Of a stretch of DNA of 64,000 nt, positions 40,701-53,027 are shown piece by piece. Under the pieces are notes generated by a model. That model had not been told where the DNA came from, ran no database searches, and saw only the letters and a list, made by a program, of their open reading frames with translations. The stretch is from Proteromonas lacertae. Its lineage: Eukaryota. Numbering within the stretch: position 1 is the stretch's first letter; each line of letters starts with the position of its first letter. The position numbers and the translations under genes are program-made. The DNA lies in assembly GCA_002245135.1 (NCBI GenBank), contig NGBS01000871.1, forward strand, positions 124,001-188,000, in the 5' to 3' direction.

Positions 40701-40977
40701 AATCGAAATAATCTATTCAAAGCATCAAACAGGAAGACAAATTCCAATAGAAATAATTGGAAGAAAAGAAATAAAAAATCATTTAGAAATATATAATTAT
40801 AAAAAAGTGAATGAATTATTAAATACAAAGAATGTGAAAGTAGAATCAATAATGGATGATATATTACCAGCTACAACTTGTAGTGATAATGGAATATGTA
40901 ATAGTAAGAGTGGATTATGTGAATGTTTTGAAGGATATGAAGGAAATGCTTGTGAAAGAAGAATGAATGACTTTTAA
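25782..40977 (+). CDS. Giant (~5,000 aa) secreted protein: Ig (He_PIG-like) and PA14-like repeats, F5/8C-like domain, Ig stalk, GLUG-like region, C-terminal mastigoneme module
   Basis: Signal peptide MKFILPVLAILSIVIA (intron 25816-25850); recurring LPxGLxxxxxGxISG motifs. ORFs 26392, 29930, 30366, 30716 and 31201 join through single-base indels, with the repeat copies showing the correct frame. Confidence 0.8.
25866..31476 (+). repeat. About three tandem intragenic units of ~1.86 kb (~619 aa)
   Basis: Identical antisense ORFs 27734..27925 and 29591..29782 give a period of 1857 nt. The block ISDSHGNYQHGWLIKFYRF...SSIGFYH occurs three times. Confidence 0.92.
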
Positions 40978-41059
40978 TTTATTAAATTCTATATAAAAAA
41001 CATAATTAATATTATTTTATAAAATGTGTATTAAAAAATAAAAAATAATCAATAAAATC

Positions 41060-43110
41060 CTAAAAAATTAATGAAATTATTGTTATAACAAGAATTAAAT
41101 TGATTGAACAAAAAAATCCATTATTATCTCCTCCATCTTTTGTAGTATCTGGAATTGTGGTTTGAGATGTTGAATCTGGTGCTGTTTCTGTTGATTCATT
41201 AAGCGTTGTAGCAGCGCTTGTTGTTGTTGTTGTTGTTATATCATCATCATTATCTTTCATAAAATCAGTCAATCTTTTTATCATTAAATCTACTTTGTTA
41301 TTTGTATCACTCATTATTCCATTTAAATCACTATCATATGAATTAAATTCACTGTCATATTTATAAAAATCACTTACAGTTCTTTGAATCAAATATTTAT
41401 CATTTAAATTTGGTATTATAAAGAAATATAATTCACCAAGCTGAGTTTTTTCACTCATAACTATTCTTTCTCTAATAGACATTCCAACTTTTATATAATC
41501 TTTTATTTCTTTATCACTTTCACTTAAATCCATTTCTACACTTTTTAATACTCATATAATAATGATCTTCAATAATATGAAAATCATTTACATATGTTTC
41601 TTCATGACTTATGTATTTACCAATTGGTATTGCATTTGTTTCTAATCCAATCAAACTCAATAATTCTGTATTTCTTTGAATTGTTGATTGTTTCATATAC
41701 TTTGTATTACTTAATATTATCATATTCACATTATCTCCTGCTTTTGAAAATTCAATTATCACTTCTTTCAATTTAGGATCAGCAGTTGGACATAATTGTT
41801 TTACTGTTTCTCTATTAGAATACAATTAAATAAATATATACACTTTATATTCAGTTTTTCCATCACAACTTTTAACTGTTTCTTTAAGAGTGATTTTCAT
41901 TTCACTATTTGTATCAGAGATTGCTATAGTAGGTGATTGAGCTGTTAAATCAATTTTCTTTTGAAGAATTATCTTTTCTAATACTTTTGCATCATTTGAT
42001 TTTGTTTTTTCAATGTATATAAAATCTTCACCACAAATGAAATATCCTTTATAATAATCACTTGTCACATCTTCATAAAACCAACTATCTACAGTATTAG
42101 CCTTTATTTCTTTAAGTTGTTTATTCTCATTAAGATTTCTCATTCTCATTTTCTGTTTATAAGAATCTTTGATTTCTTTTTGAATGTTTGTTAATTGAGT
42201 TGTTATTTCTGTTGAAATATCATCTTCACTTATTGATTCTCCAATTGGTAATATAAATACACTTTCACTTATTTCATATATTCCTTTATAATGAACAATA
42301 TTGGAATTTGCTGATAATGAATATATCTTTGTTATTATTTCTGATTCATCACTCAATCTCTTTATTCTTATCTCACTATAATCTGTTTTATCAACCCAAC
42401 TAACAACTTTATCAGTTTCTACATTACCAGACAAAGATAAATGAGTTGAATCTGATTCATATAAAAAGTAAATTATCTTATTATTCTTGATAAATATTCC
42501 TTTCATATCACATATTTTGAAGAAATGAGATTTTACAGAATATGTTGTTGGATTTACTTTAACAATATTAATAAGGGTATTAGCTGCTTCTAATGATATT
42601 GAATTTATTTTACCAGCACTAATTACTGATATGTAATAATTACTATAATATTCAACATTTATAGTTTTACTGAATTTAGTGATTTTTGTGTTTATTTCAG
42701 TATACAGACTTTCACACATTGTTTGTAATTTGCTCAACTTGTATTCTTTATTTTCTGTTATACTGCATTCTTTACCACTTGATTATGCATTTTCAATTTC
42801 TTCGTTAGAAAACATAAAAAATGATTTTTCATCATTTATCTTATTATTTACAGCATAATCTATTGAAGTTTCATCTTCAGTAGCTTTTGTAAGTGAAAAT
42901 ACAAACTTCTTAACTTCTGTTGATGAAACACCTTCAATATATGCCAATTCTGTGTTAGTCATTACTGCAGTAGGAAAAGTGTGAGTGTTTACTTTTAATC
43001 CTTCAAAAGCTGGAACTTTAGCATTTATAAAAGTAACACTTACTACAACCAAAACTATTAATAAGAATATTGTGTATTATACTGAAAACAGTTTTATTTA
43101 TAATGAACAT
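41060..43110 (-). CDS. Predicted GPI-anchored surface protein, copy 2
   Basis: Same gene as 5298-7452 but with the short tail GGDNNGFFCSINLILVITIISLIF*. In-frame TAA at 42783 (AAC in copy 1) and +1 near 41555. Confidence 0.72.
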
Positions 43111-43440
43111 CTTGAAAAACAACAAAATTCGATTATTTTCTTTAAAATTCTTTTTACTTCTTTCAGTTGAAAATATCGTTTCATAAAAAGGTTATAATAT
43201 TCATTTACTCATAAATTATTAACCCTTTAAAAGAACAAATAGAATAAATAATGAATAGTTTTCTTATTAATCTAAAATTTCACTAACCTTCCATATTTTC
43301 ACTTTTTCATCATCGCTACAACTACACAACATATTAGTCTTTACAGGATTCCATCTAACACAGTTAATATCACTCTCATGACTGTTAAAATCATCAATCA
43401 AATTTAATTCTTTTTCTTCATCATCATATTCAAAATATCT
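41132..43440 (-). repeat. Right arm of the inverted duplication (partner 4968-7278)
   Basis: Direct comparison puts the endpoints at 43440<->4968 and 41132<->7278. Confidence 0.95.
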
Positions 43441-44284
43441 AATAATATTATCTCTACAACCTGTTACTAATATATTCAAATCTTTATTATAGTTAATAGA
43501 ATACACAGTCATTGAATGTAAACCATTTAATAATTTCACATTTTCCCACCTATTTTTACTATTTAATTCCCATATTCCAATCACTCCATCACCATCACAT
43601 GAGTACATGAGATTATCATCATTAAAATCTATTTCCCAAACTGTAGTTTTATGACCAACGATTATTTGATTACAAATCCAATTATCATCGTATTCATTCC
43701 ACATTCTAATAGAATTATCATAGCTACAACTATATAGCACATTATTATGCCATTTTATAAACTTTATATCTTGTGTATGACCATCTAATATTGTTATACA
43801 ATCATATTCATTATCACTACTTCTTCCATATATAAATATTCGTTTATCTCTACCACAACTGGCAATATATTCTTCTGATTTGTTCCATGAGATTGATTTA
43901 ACTTCATTTTCATGACCATCTAATGTAGCTATTGTTTCCCACTCAAAATTAATTTTGGACCATACTAATACCTTGTTATCAAAACTACATGATGCTAAAA
44001 AACTATTCAAACAATATTAAGAAATGAAATACTTCCCAGAAGGTGACCATTCAACACATCTTATTGTTTTGGTATGTGCATCATCTATAATATCTTGCAA
44101 CAGCCACTCTTTATCGATCAAACGATATATTCTGACAGTCTTGTCTTCACCACAAGTTGCAAGTTGATTACCACTTGGATTCCATGATACATGCCTATTT
44201 CATAAAATATATGATGAATTATATGATAAAATACCACACAATTCCCTTATTATCTTCTAAACAAGCAATTTCATCAATTTTCAT
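43267..44284 (-). CDS. CIAO1: Cytosolic Fe-S assembly WD40 protein Cia1
   Basis: ATLDGHENEVKSISW, ILDGHTQDIKFIKWH, SCSYDNSIRMW and HESDINCVRWNP; two short introns. Confidence 0.9.
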
Positions 44285-44413
44285 TTCGGCTTGACAAAAA
44301 GTAATTCAAACCTATTTTCTTTTTTATTCTTAATTCTTCTTATAATCAAAAAACACACAACAAACATATAATAATAAAACTTATAATGAAAATCAATTAC
44401 AACAATTAATTAT

Positions 44414-47400
44414 CTATTGAGCCCAAGTAATGGTTATTTGCAAATTTGTATCATTGATTGTAGTTTCTTCAGTACTGATTAATTTACCTTGCAAATCACT
44501 AACTGGAGATGGGAAACTTTGTAATGATGAAGTGATTGTATCTTTCTGATTCTTCAAACATTCAACAATATTGTCTTTATCTTCACTAATTTCATAATAA
44601 ATATTAATTCTATCAGTATAATTCAAACCAGCAGATTTTCTCATCTTTTGTACTCTATTGACAAATTCTCTTCCAATATTTCTTTCAATTAAATCTTTAT
44701 CAACAGTTACATCAATCATTACTAATACAGATCCATCATCAGCTACAGCACTTTCGTATTTTTCTTTATCACCCATAAATTCTCTCATTACATGTAATTC
44801 ATTTTCTACTATTTCTTGTCCACATACTGTTATTTTATTCTCTTTCATATATTTCAATACTTCATCATGAGGAAGTTTTAATAATTCCATTTTAACATCT
44901 TTAAAGGCTTTTCCTAATCTCTTTCCTAATAGTTTATTATCAGGTTCTACTGATAATTTACACCATTTTTCTTCATCCTTATCAAATACAACTTCTCTAG
45001 CATTTAATTCTTCTTTCAAATAACCTTCTAAACTCTTCACATCTTCTAAATAGCCTTCATCACTAGTTACTACTCTTACACTAGCTACAGGCATCTTTAA
45101 ACTAATATTTCTCTTCTCTCTAGCACATCTTCCTAGTTCAATAACAGTAACTAAATGTTCCATTGATTGTCTAATCTTATCATTAGCACAACTTGCATAT
45201 TCATCACTTTTAGGTAACATTAAGTAATGAATAGAAGGACTTCTACCTAAACTATCAATTGGTAAAGAATCATTGTCTTTATCTGGATGATATAATCTTA
45301 ATTTTTGATAATAATATTCAGCTAAGAATGGAGTAAATGGAGCCATTAATAAACTCAAATTTAATAATGTTTCATATAACACACATAATGATAACATGCA
45401 ATGATCTAAACCTTCTATTCCCTTCAGTCTGTTTCTATTTAATCGAATATAGACATTAGTTAAAGAGTTAATAAATGATAATAACTTTGGAACAACTGTG
45501 TATAATCGATAAGCTTCCATCTCTTGTCTTACAAATTGTATTAAATCACATAATGAAGCCAATAACCAGCAGTCCATTACATTTTCACTCTTAATTGCAG
45601 TTTCTTTAGATGGTACAAATGTAACACCACTGTCTTTTTCTACTTTCTCTAAACATTGGAATAAGAATCTAAAAGCATTGTACCATGGCAATAATACATC
45701 TTTCACTACACCACTTAAGAAATCTTCATTAAACTTCAAGCATTCGGCTCGAACTACAGGTGAATTGATTAAATATAATCTTAAAGCATCAGCTCCAAAG
45801 CTATTAATCGTTACATCGACTGGTGGGTAATTATTTAATGATTTACTCATCTTCTTACCATCTTTAGCTAATACTAGGCCATTTACAATTAAATTCTTAA
45901 AAGCTGGTTTATCAAATAAAGCAGTAGATAATATCATTAAAGTATAAAACCAACCACGAGTTTGATCCAAACCTTCTGCTACAAAATCAGCTGGGAATCC
46001 TTCTTCAAATTTCTCTTTATTTTCAAATGGATAATGACATTGAGCATAAGGCATACTTCCACTCTCAAACCAACAGTCAAACACTTCAGGAATACGATGT
46101 AATTCACCTTTACCTTGTTTACTTGGTATCACTAAATCATCAATGTTTTCTCGATGTAAATCAGTAACTTTTTTACCTGTTAATTCTTCTAATTCTTTAA
46201 TAGATCCTGGTACTACGATTTCTTCACCATCTTCAGATGTCCATATTGGAATTGGAGTTCCCCAGTATCTATTTCTACTAATATTCCAGTCTCTTGCATC
46301 TTTTAACCAATTATGGAATCTCTTTTCTTTTACAAATGATGGAACCCAATAGGTCTTCATATTATTATCTAATAATCTTTCTTTAATACTAATTACATTA
46401 ACAAACCAACTATCAATAGCACGATAGATTAATGGTGTATCAGATCTCCAACAGTATGGATAACTATGGACTATTGTTCCTTTTTGTAATAATCTTCCTT
46501 CATTCTTTAATCTAGTCATAATCTCATCATCACAGGCTTTCACATGTTTGCCTTTATAATCAGGAACTTCATCAGTAAAACATCCATCTTTATCTAATGG
46601 ACAAACTATACCTCCTCCTTTCACAATAATTCCATTTTCCATACAAACTCTGTAATCATCTTCACCAAATCCTGGAGCACAATGAACGATACCTGTACCA
46701 CTATCATTAGTAACATACGTATCATTAATCACTTGGAATGCATTTGGCCAATCTTTGAAATAAGTGAATAAAGGTGTATATCTTTTACCTTTTAGATCCT
46801 TACCTTTCATCTTTTCTAATAACTCATAATCATCTTTGTTTTTATAATTTGGCTTTAACATCTTAGGATATAATTGACTTAATCTACATTCAGCTAATAT
46901 ATACTTCTTGTCAGTTTTAATATCTCTTATTTTCACATAATCAAAGTCAGGGTGTGTACATAATGCCAAGTTACTTGGTAAAGTCCAAGGTGTAGTAGTC
47001 CAAGCTAAAAATGCTACATCTGGTGACTCAACCATTGGGAATGTAATAACAATAGCTGGATCAGGAACATCTTTATAATTCAAACCAGCTTCAAAGTTAG
47101 ACAATGGAGTTGTGCATTGAGTTGAATATGGCATTACTCTGAAACCTTTGTAGATTAATCCTTTCTTGTATAATTGTTGGAAGACGTACCATTCACTTTC
47201 CATATACCAAGGCTCAAGGGTTCTGTAACCATGTTCGAAATCAATCCATCTTCCCATTCTGGTGACGATTACTTCCCATTCCTTGCAATATTTTGAGACG
47301 ATTCCTCTGCATTCTTCATTGTATTTACGAATACCCATTTTTTCAACATCTGCTGAACTTTTGATATCCAATATTTTATCTACAGCATATTCAACTGGTA

Positions 47401-47680
47401 ATCCATGTGTATCCCATCCAAATCGTCTTGCAACGTGATGACCTGTTTGATGTGCATATCTTGTAACAATATCTTTTATAGTTCCAGCTAAGATATGACC
47501 ATAATGGGGTAGACCTGTTGCAAATGGAGGTCCATCATAAAATGAATATTCTGGTCTGCCTTCAGAAAGTTTCAAAGATGTTTGAAAAGCATCAATTTCT
47601 TTCCAGTATTGAAGAATTTGCTCCTCTTCAGCAGTAAATGAAATTCTATCCTCTAATTTCTTGGAATTTAAAGGTTCCAT
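44414..47680 (-). CDS. IARS1: Isoleucyl-tRNA synthetase, cytosolic type, intronless
   Basis: DGPPFATGLPHYGH, WTTTPWTLP, GTGIVH, EGLDQTRGWF and KMSKS. Confidence 0.98.
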   Translation of the reverse strand: MEPLNSKKLEDRISFTAEEEQILQYWKEIDAFQTSLKLSEGRPEYSFYDGPPFATGLPHYGHILAGTIKDIVTRYAHQTGHHVARRFGWDTHGLPVEYAVDKILDIKSSADVEKMGIRKYNEECRGIVSKYCKEWEVIVTRMGRWIDFEHGYRTLEPWYMESEWYVFQQLYKKGLIYKGFRVMPYSTQCTTPLSNFEAGLNYKDVPDPAIVITFPMVESPDVAFLAWTTTPWTLPSNLALCTHPDFDYVKIRDIKTDKKYILAECRLSQLYPKMLKPNYKNKDDYELLEKMKGKDLKGKRYTPLFTYFKDWPNAFQVINDTYVTNDSGTGIVHCAPGFGEDDYRVCMENGIIVKGGGIVCPLDKDGCFTDEVPDYKGKHVKACDDEIMTRLKNEGRLLQKGTIVHSYPYCWRSDTPLIYRAIDSWFVNVISIKERLLDNNMKTYWVPSFVKEKRFHNWLKDARDWNISRNRYWGTPIPIWTSEDGEEIVVPGSIKELEELTGKKVTDLHRENIDDLVIPSKQGKGELHRIPEVFDCWFESGSMPYAQCHYPFENKEKFEEGFPADFVAEGLDQTRGWFYTLMILSTALFDKPAFKNLIVNGLVLAKDGKKMSKSLNNYPPVDVTINSFGADALRLYLINSPVVRAECLKFNEDFLSGVVKDVLLPWYNAFRFLFQCLEKVEKDSGVTFVPSKETAIKSENVMDCWLLASLCDLIQFVRQEMEAYRLYTVVPKLLSFINSLTNVYIRLNRNRLKGIEGLDHCMLSLCVLYETLLNLSLLMAPFTPFLAEYYYQKLRLYHPDKDNDSLPIDSLGRSPSIHYLMLPKSDEYASCANDKIRQSMEHLVTVIELGRCAREKRNISLKMPVASVRVVTSDEGYLEDVKSLEGYLKEELNAREVVFDKDEEKWCKLSVEPDNKLLGKRLGKAFKDVKMELLKLPHDEVLKYMKENKITVCGQEIVENELHVMREFMGDKEKYESAVADDGSVLVMIDVTVDKDLIERNIGREFVNRVQKMRKSAGLNYTDRINIYYEISEDKDNIVECLKNQKDTITSSLQSFPSPVSDLQGKLISTEETTINDTNLQITITWAQ

Positions 47681-47872
47681 TCAAATGCAAATTTTCTTAA
47701 TGACGAATTTGGTTACCGGAAAAGAGTATTTTCGCTCACACCCATTTCAAATTTTTTTATATAAAATCTGTTCCGTTAGATATCATTGCTAATTAGCAAT
47801 TATAAATACTCAGTTATATAGATACAATCCGTTAAATAGGTATTAAACCAGATCTTCATTGAACTACAAAAA

Positions 47873-50315
47873 ATGAGTTATACAAGCAGCAACATTGCTC
47901 AACTATCTCCCATTGAATACACTGTGGAGAATAACCAGGTAAGCGAAAGCACTGATCAAAATATGGATTACTACAATCAAGTTTTGTCTAATGAACCATT
48001 AGTTTCAAACGATAGTACACCAATAAAGAGAAAATGTACAGAAAGTGAAAAACTAAATCAATTTGTCATAAAAGAGAATGATATTTACAGATGCAATGTC
48101 AAAGGCTGTATATTATTCAATCCACAGAAATCATGGCATCGTTTAAAAACTCATTTATACGAATATCATGCTGATAAGTTAGTAGAAGCAGGTATAAACA
48201 TAGAAGATAAAGAACGAAAAGCAGATGATGTTAAACCAAGTCTTCGAAGAGGTCCACCATCTAAAAGATCACGATTACCGATGGATTATTTCAGAAATTT
48301 CTGTAAAAAGGATGAAGAAAGTGGAAAATATTCGTGCACTGTGCCAAACTGTAAAGATTTCCATCCACAAAAGTCAATTACTCGTTTAAAACGACACTTG
48401 GTTCAATGTCATGAAAGATATTTGATAGAGAATGGAATAAAAGAAGAAGCGATGAGGGAAATGAAAGAAAGTTTAAGAAATTCATTGGCAAAAGATGAAG
48501 ATGATGATAATAATAATAATACAACAGCAACTACTACAAATGGTAGATATAAAAAAGGGAAATATGCTGGTGTTGGTGCACCTTTAACAAAAATGTTATT
48601 AGCTTGTGATATGCCATTTAGATTGATTGATAATAATTATTTTATTGAATTTCTAAGAACTTCTACTAACAATAGTGATATATATTCAAGAACAATGAAA
48701 GAAAGAATTTTAGATTTTCATCTTTTAGATTGCTATAATATGATCAAATTGAAGCACAGTAAAATAATTGAAGCATCACAAGAAAATGGATTTATTTCAG
48801 TAAATATATTTGAATTGCCCTATGATCGAAAAGTCATTGTTTTGTTCTTTCATTCTAATTCATGTGGGAAGATTATGTTATGCTGTAAAAGTCAAATATG
48901 TGTGAGTTTAGAACCAAAGAAACTAGAAGATATAAGTATTTTTATTTGATATTATATTTATTTAATTTATTAAAATAGTTAAATATACAATAGAAGAGTG
49001 GAGTATGTCAGCTTCTAATCTTAAAGACAAAATCTGTGGCTATAGAATCAATAATATTAAATATTATAATACTCTATTAGAGAGTAGTAAAAACTTAGGA
49101 TTTAGATATTTGTTAGATGAAGAATTGATAGATAATAATATCAACAATAGTAATGTAAAAATATTACTTTCATCTCCATTTGTATTTAATGATTATGCAG
49201 GAATCTTAAAGAGAATTTTTACTTTATCAATTGGAGAAGGATCTTCTGCAATGTTTATGATTAATAATATAGTTAGAGATAAGACAAAATATGCTGAATT
49301 ATTACACAAGATTAATAAATACAGAACATTATTTAGACAAATGATCACTTCATTCAATTTATTGTATGATACTGTTGGATATTTAAAAGACCAAAAAGAA
49401 TGTAAGAAATTCCCAGAAATAAGTGTTTATAACCAATTAGATTTATGGTATGAAAGAATAGAAATATTATTGCGCTATAAAGAAGAAAGAAAAACAAGAA
49501 TTCAAATATTTAAGCAGTTATATGAAGGAAATGAATGTATGAATTATGAGATTGAAAAGTTCATAAATTCATTGGAATTATATGATGAAAACTTTTATGA
49601 GTTTTATAAACATATTTTGGATGTATTTAAGCCTTATCAAGAAATGATAATAAAGATGAATACAGATGTAAAATACGATTTATCTCATTTCTATGTTGAT
49701 TTGATTACATGTAGAAATAACAACTCCAATAAAAGGATCATGAATATGAATGATAGTTTTTATCTATTATTTGATGATATTTATTGTTATTATGAGTCTT
49801 ATTTTCAATATGATTATTTGACTTTAGCTTATTTACTTGATCCAACTATTATTGACCCAATTCAACAAATTGAAAGTAATAATTTAAAGATAAATGACAA
49901 TCCAATTGATTTAGTGGCAGATAGTATTAACATAAAGAAAATGATTAGTGATGAAAGAAATTTTAAAGGATTTCTAACTGAATTTGTTCGTAATAAAAAG
50001 GAGATTGTAATGGCGAATGGACATAGTGTTGAAGATAAAGCGTTGTGGTTTAAAAATGAGAGTAATGAATTATGTAAATTAGGAAATGTTCTTTTTTCAT
50101 ATAATATGAGTGAAGATTATAGAGAAAAGAATATATCGTTTGATTTTATAAATGATGATGAAAGATTTAAACAGAGTGAGTTTATAAATAAATATATGAT
50201 GTGTAAAGAGAATATTGAATTGATTGATATACTAGATGGAAAGCAATTGAATAACACTTATGATAAGATACCAGTACCTATACCTATACTAAATACAAGT
50301 AGTTATTCCGTATAA
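47873..50315 (+). CDS. hAT-transposase-derived (ZBED-like) protein with two BED-type zinc fingers
   Basis: CNVKGC...RLKTHLYEYH; CTVPNC...RLKRHLVQCH; DMPFRLIDNNYF; IEEWS; LAYLLDP; degenerate dimerisation segment ELCKLGNVLFS...REKNIS. Intron 48936-48978. Confidence 0.7.
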
Positions 50316-50424
50316 AATATGTTTAATAACGCAATTTATTATATTTTATTTTTGTTGTTTCTAAAAATAGATTCGTTTCGCCCAAAATTCATTTCTTTAT
50401 ATCTTCATAGTCATAGGATTTGAG

Positions 50425-51815
50425 ATGAATATAAAACTAAAAATTGATATGTTTCTTATATTTATCACAGTATTAGTGGATATAATATCCTGTTCATTCA
50501 TATTTCCATTATATCCATTTTATGCAGGAGATGCAAGTATTTTGATGTATTCAATTCTCTGTATATCCTATCCAACTGCTCAAATGATATGTATTACTTG
50601 TAGAATCTAATTGTAGGTTTAATTCCGTTTGGACTAGCTAGTGACAAGTTTGGAAGGAAGAAAGTACTACTCATTAGTCTATTTGGTTCAGCCTGTGGAT
50701 CAATTATGCAATGGCTCTCAGGTAATCTTAATTATTTAATTCTATTTCGTTTTATATCTGGTTTATTTGGAACATCAGTTGTATCATGTCAATCCTATGT
50801 AGTTGATTGTATAAGAGACGATGAAAAATCCAAGTATTTAAGTCAAATTATGGGATTTTCAACAATAGCCACAGGAATAGGTCCAATGATCAGTAGTGAA
50901 TTATATTCAATAGAAACACATTTACCATTTCTATTAAGTGGAATATTATATGGTATTTGTTTTATATTGATATTACTATTTTTAAATGAAAGTCCAAGGT
51001 TTGATGAAACTCGAGGAAGAAGAAGCAGTATTGATATATTACTCCATAAAAATGAATTAACAGATATAAATGAATATACAGATAATGAAAAAGTAATAAA
51101 AACTGAGAAAACTTCACCATCTATTGTATATTTTATAATTTCATTATATGATAATATAGTATTTAGTTGTATTTGTCGCTTTATTGGATGGTATTTGTTT
51201 GACTTGTATTGGTACTTTTATTAGTAAAAGATTAAAAGATGACTATACCGATAATGTCTTTGTTGTTTCGTATATTATATAATTTATTGTTTATACAATT
51301 GAAATAGTGGAATAATATCATTTGATTCATTCATCATCACTATATTTCAATTGTTCATATTTCCATATTTATCAAAAATACTATTTATTCCTCATATGAT
51401 GTTATTAGGATATAGTTTACAATGCCTTGGTTGGATATTTTTAACATTTAAGCAGTTTGCAATAATGTTATGTGGTTTGATATTTCATGTTTTAGGATAT
51501 GGTTTAACTGCTTCTAGTCCATCCGTAGTTGCATCTGTATTAATAATATTGTTTATATTTATTATATAGAATATTGCTACTTCAGAGATTCAAGGCAGAG
51601 TGTTAGGAAGTATAACAACATCAATGAGTTTAGCTCAAATATTAACACCATTGTTCTTTAGTCTTTTATATTCATTTCAACATACAATTCCATTTATTAC
51701 ATCAGGATGTTTGAGTTTATTAAATATAGTGTTAGTTTATTCAATTATTTATTTTACAAAGAATAATGAAAAGATGAAACAGATGGAAAATAAATGTTAT
51801 AATGTAAATAAATAA
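50425..51815 (+). CDS. MFS transporter (TetA/DHA1-like)
   Basis: Motif A GLASDKFGRKKVLL; RFISGLFG; GIGPMI; QGRVLG. Multiple TM exons. Confidence 0.88.
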
Positions 51816-51908
51816 TCAAAACATTTTTATTCTTCTTTTTTTCTTCATTCTTTTACAATACAAACAATTCAATTTAAAATAATATATAATTTAATAATAA
51901 CATTTTAA

Positions 51909-52926
51909 TTATATTTTTTGAGTATTACCAAATCCTTTAGGATGATCATCACACCAATCATCCCAAGCTGAATCTTTCTTCCTCGCTTTCTCAGTCAACT
52001 CTTCATCTTCTTCTAATCCCTGTTCTCTCACTTGTTTACCATTCATTACTTCACCTTTAGCCTCTTCTGCTTCTCTAGCTTCTCTATCTTTCATTGCCTG
52101 GATTTCAATATCTCCAAATTCTTCAATTGTCATTGTTGGTAAAATATGATCTGGTCGGAAAACTTCACCCATAAATTTTTCTTTGGTGATTGTCATATTT
52201 TCACTAATATGGAATAAATCAATTCCTTGATGTTGTGGTACGGGTTTCGGTGGTGGCGGAAGTGTTCCTTCTTCTGTCATTTTTTCAATGTGTTTCAAAA
52301 TTTCGATTTCTTGCTGAAACTGTTCCTAAATCATCCATACTTAATCTTACACTACTTTCGATCATTAATTTCATCTTTTCTCTGTATGTAGATTCATCAA
52401 TCCCTCCTTCTCCTAGATTTTTAAGTTGATTTTCTAATCTTTCAATTTCTTTTATTCTTTTTTCACATTCTTTTTCTTTTCTATATCTATTGATTTTTAT
52501 TTCTCTTTTCATTTCATCTGGAAGTTCGTGATGATCACTTTTGCTTACTATTTCCCATACTTTTTCATCCTCTTTACTCAACATTTCAATTTCTTGAACT
52601 TTATCTATGAATTGAGTTAACCTAGCTTCTGCTTCATATAAACATTTCAATCTATTTTGTGTTTTCTATTAGAATTATTAAAGAATAAATACTTTTTGAA
52701 GTAATCTACCTAAATAAAATGGTATTTGCAAGTATTTTAAATCTTCTGTATTGATATCATCAACTTCTTCATTCTTTGAAAAGGTTGACTCCTTTCTAAC
52801 AAGAGTTTCACACTCTTCTAATAAACTCATTGCTTTATCTACTTTTTCTTCTTCCTGCTTCTCTTCTACTTCATGAAACAACTTCATTGCCAAATCATAT
52901 GTATCGCTTAATGAGTCTGCTGACAT
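51909..52926 (-). CDS. IGBP1: PP2A regulator TAP42/alpha4 (IGBP1)
   Basis: FSKNEEVDDINTEDLKYL; REIKINRYR; VFRPDHILPTMTIEEF; WDDWCDDHPKGFGN. Extra T near 52318. Confidence 0.92.
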
Positions 52927-53027
52927 TTTAATGAAGAAAAGAAAAAGTGACTTTGTTCTCAAACACTTTACCTAGGCTTGAGATTAGAAGTGACTTTTTG
53001 ACGTTTTTTATTTTATAATTTAAAAAA

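Noticed and set aside
42783..42785. In-frame TAA as evidence of stop-codon reassignment
   Set aside because: TAA, TAG and TGA all end genes normally, long ORFs lack internal stops, and the paralogue has AAC at this codon. It is a local lesion or sequencing error.
4968..43440. One 38-kb transposon (Polinton-like) with 2.3-kb TIRs
   Set aside because: The arms are host gene sequence, one end is continuous with intact CIAO1, there is no TSD, and no integrase, polymerase or capsid gene lies inside.
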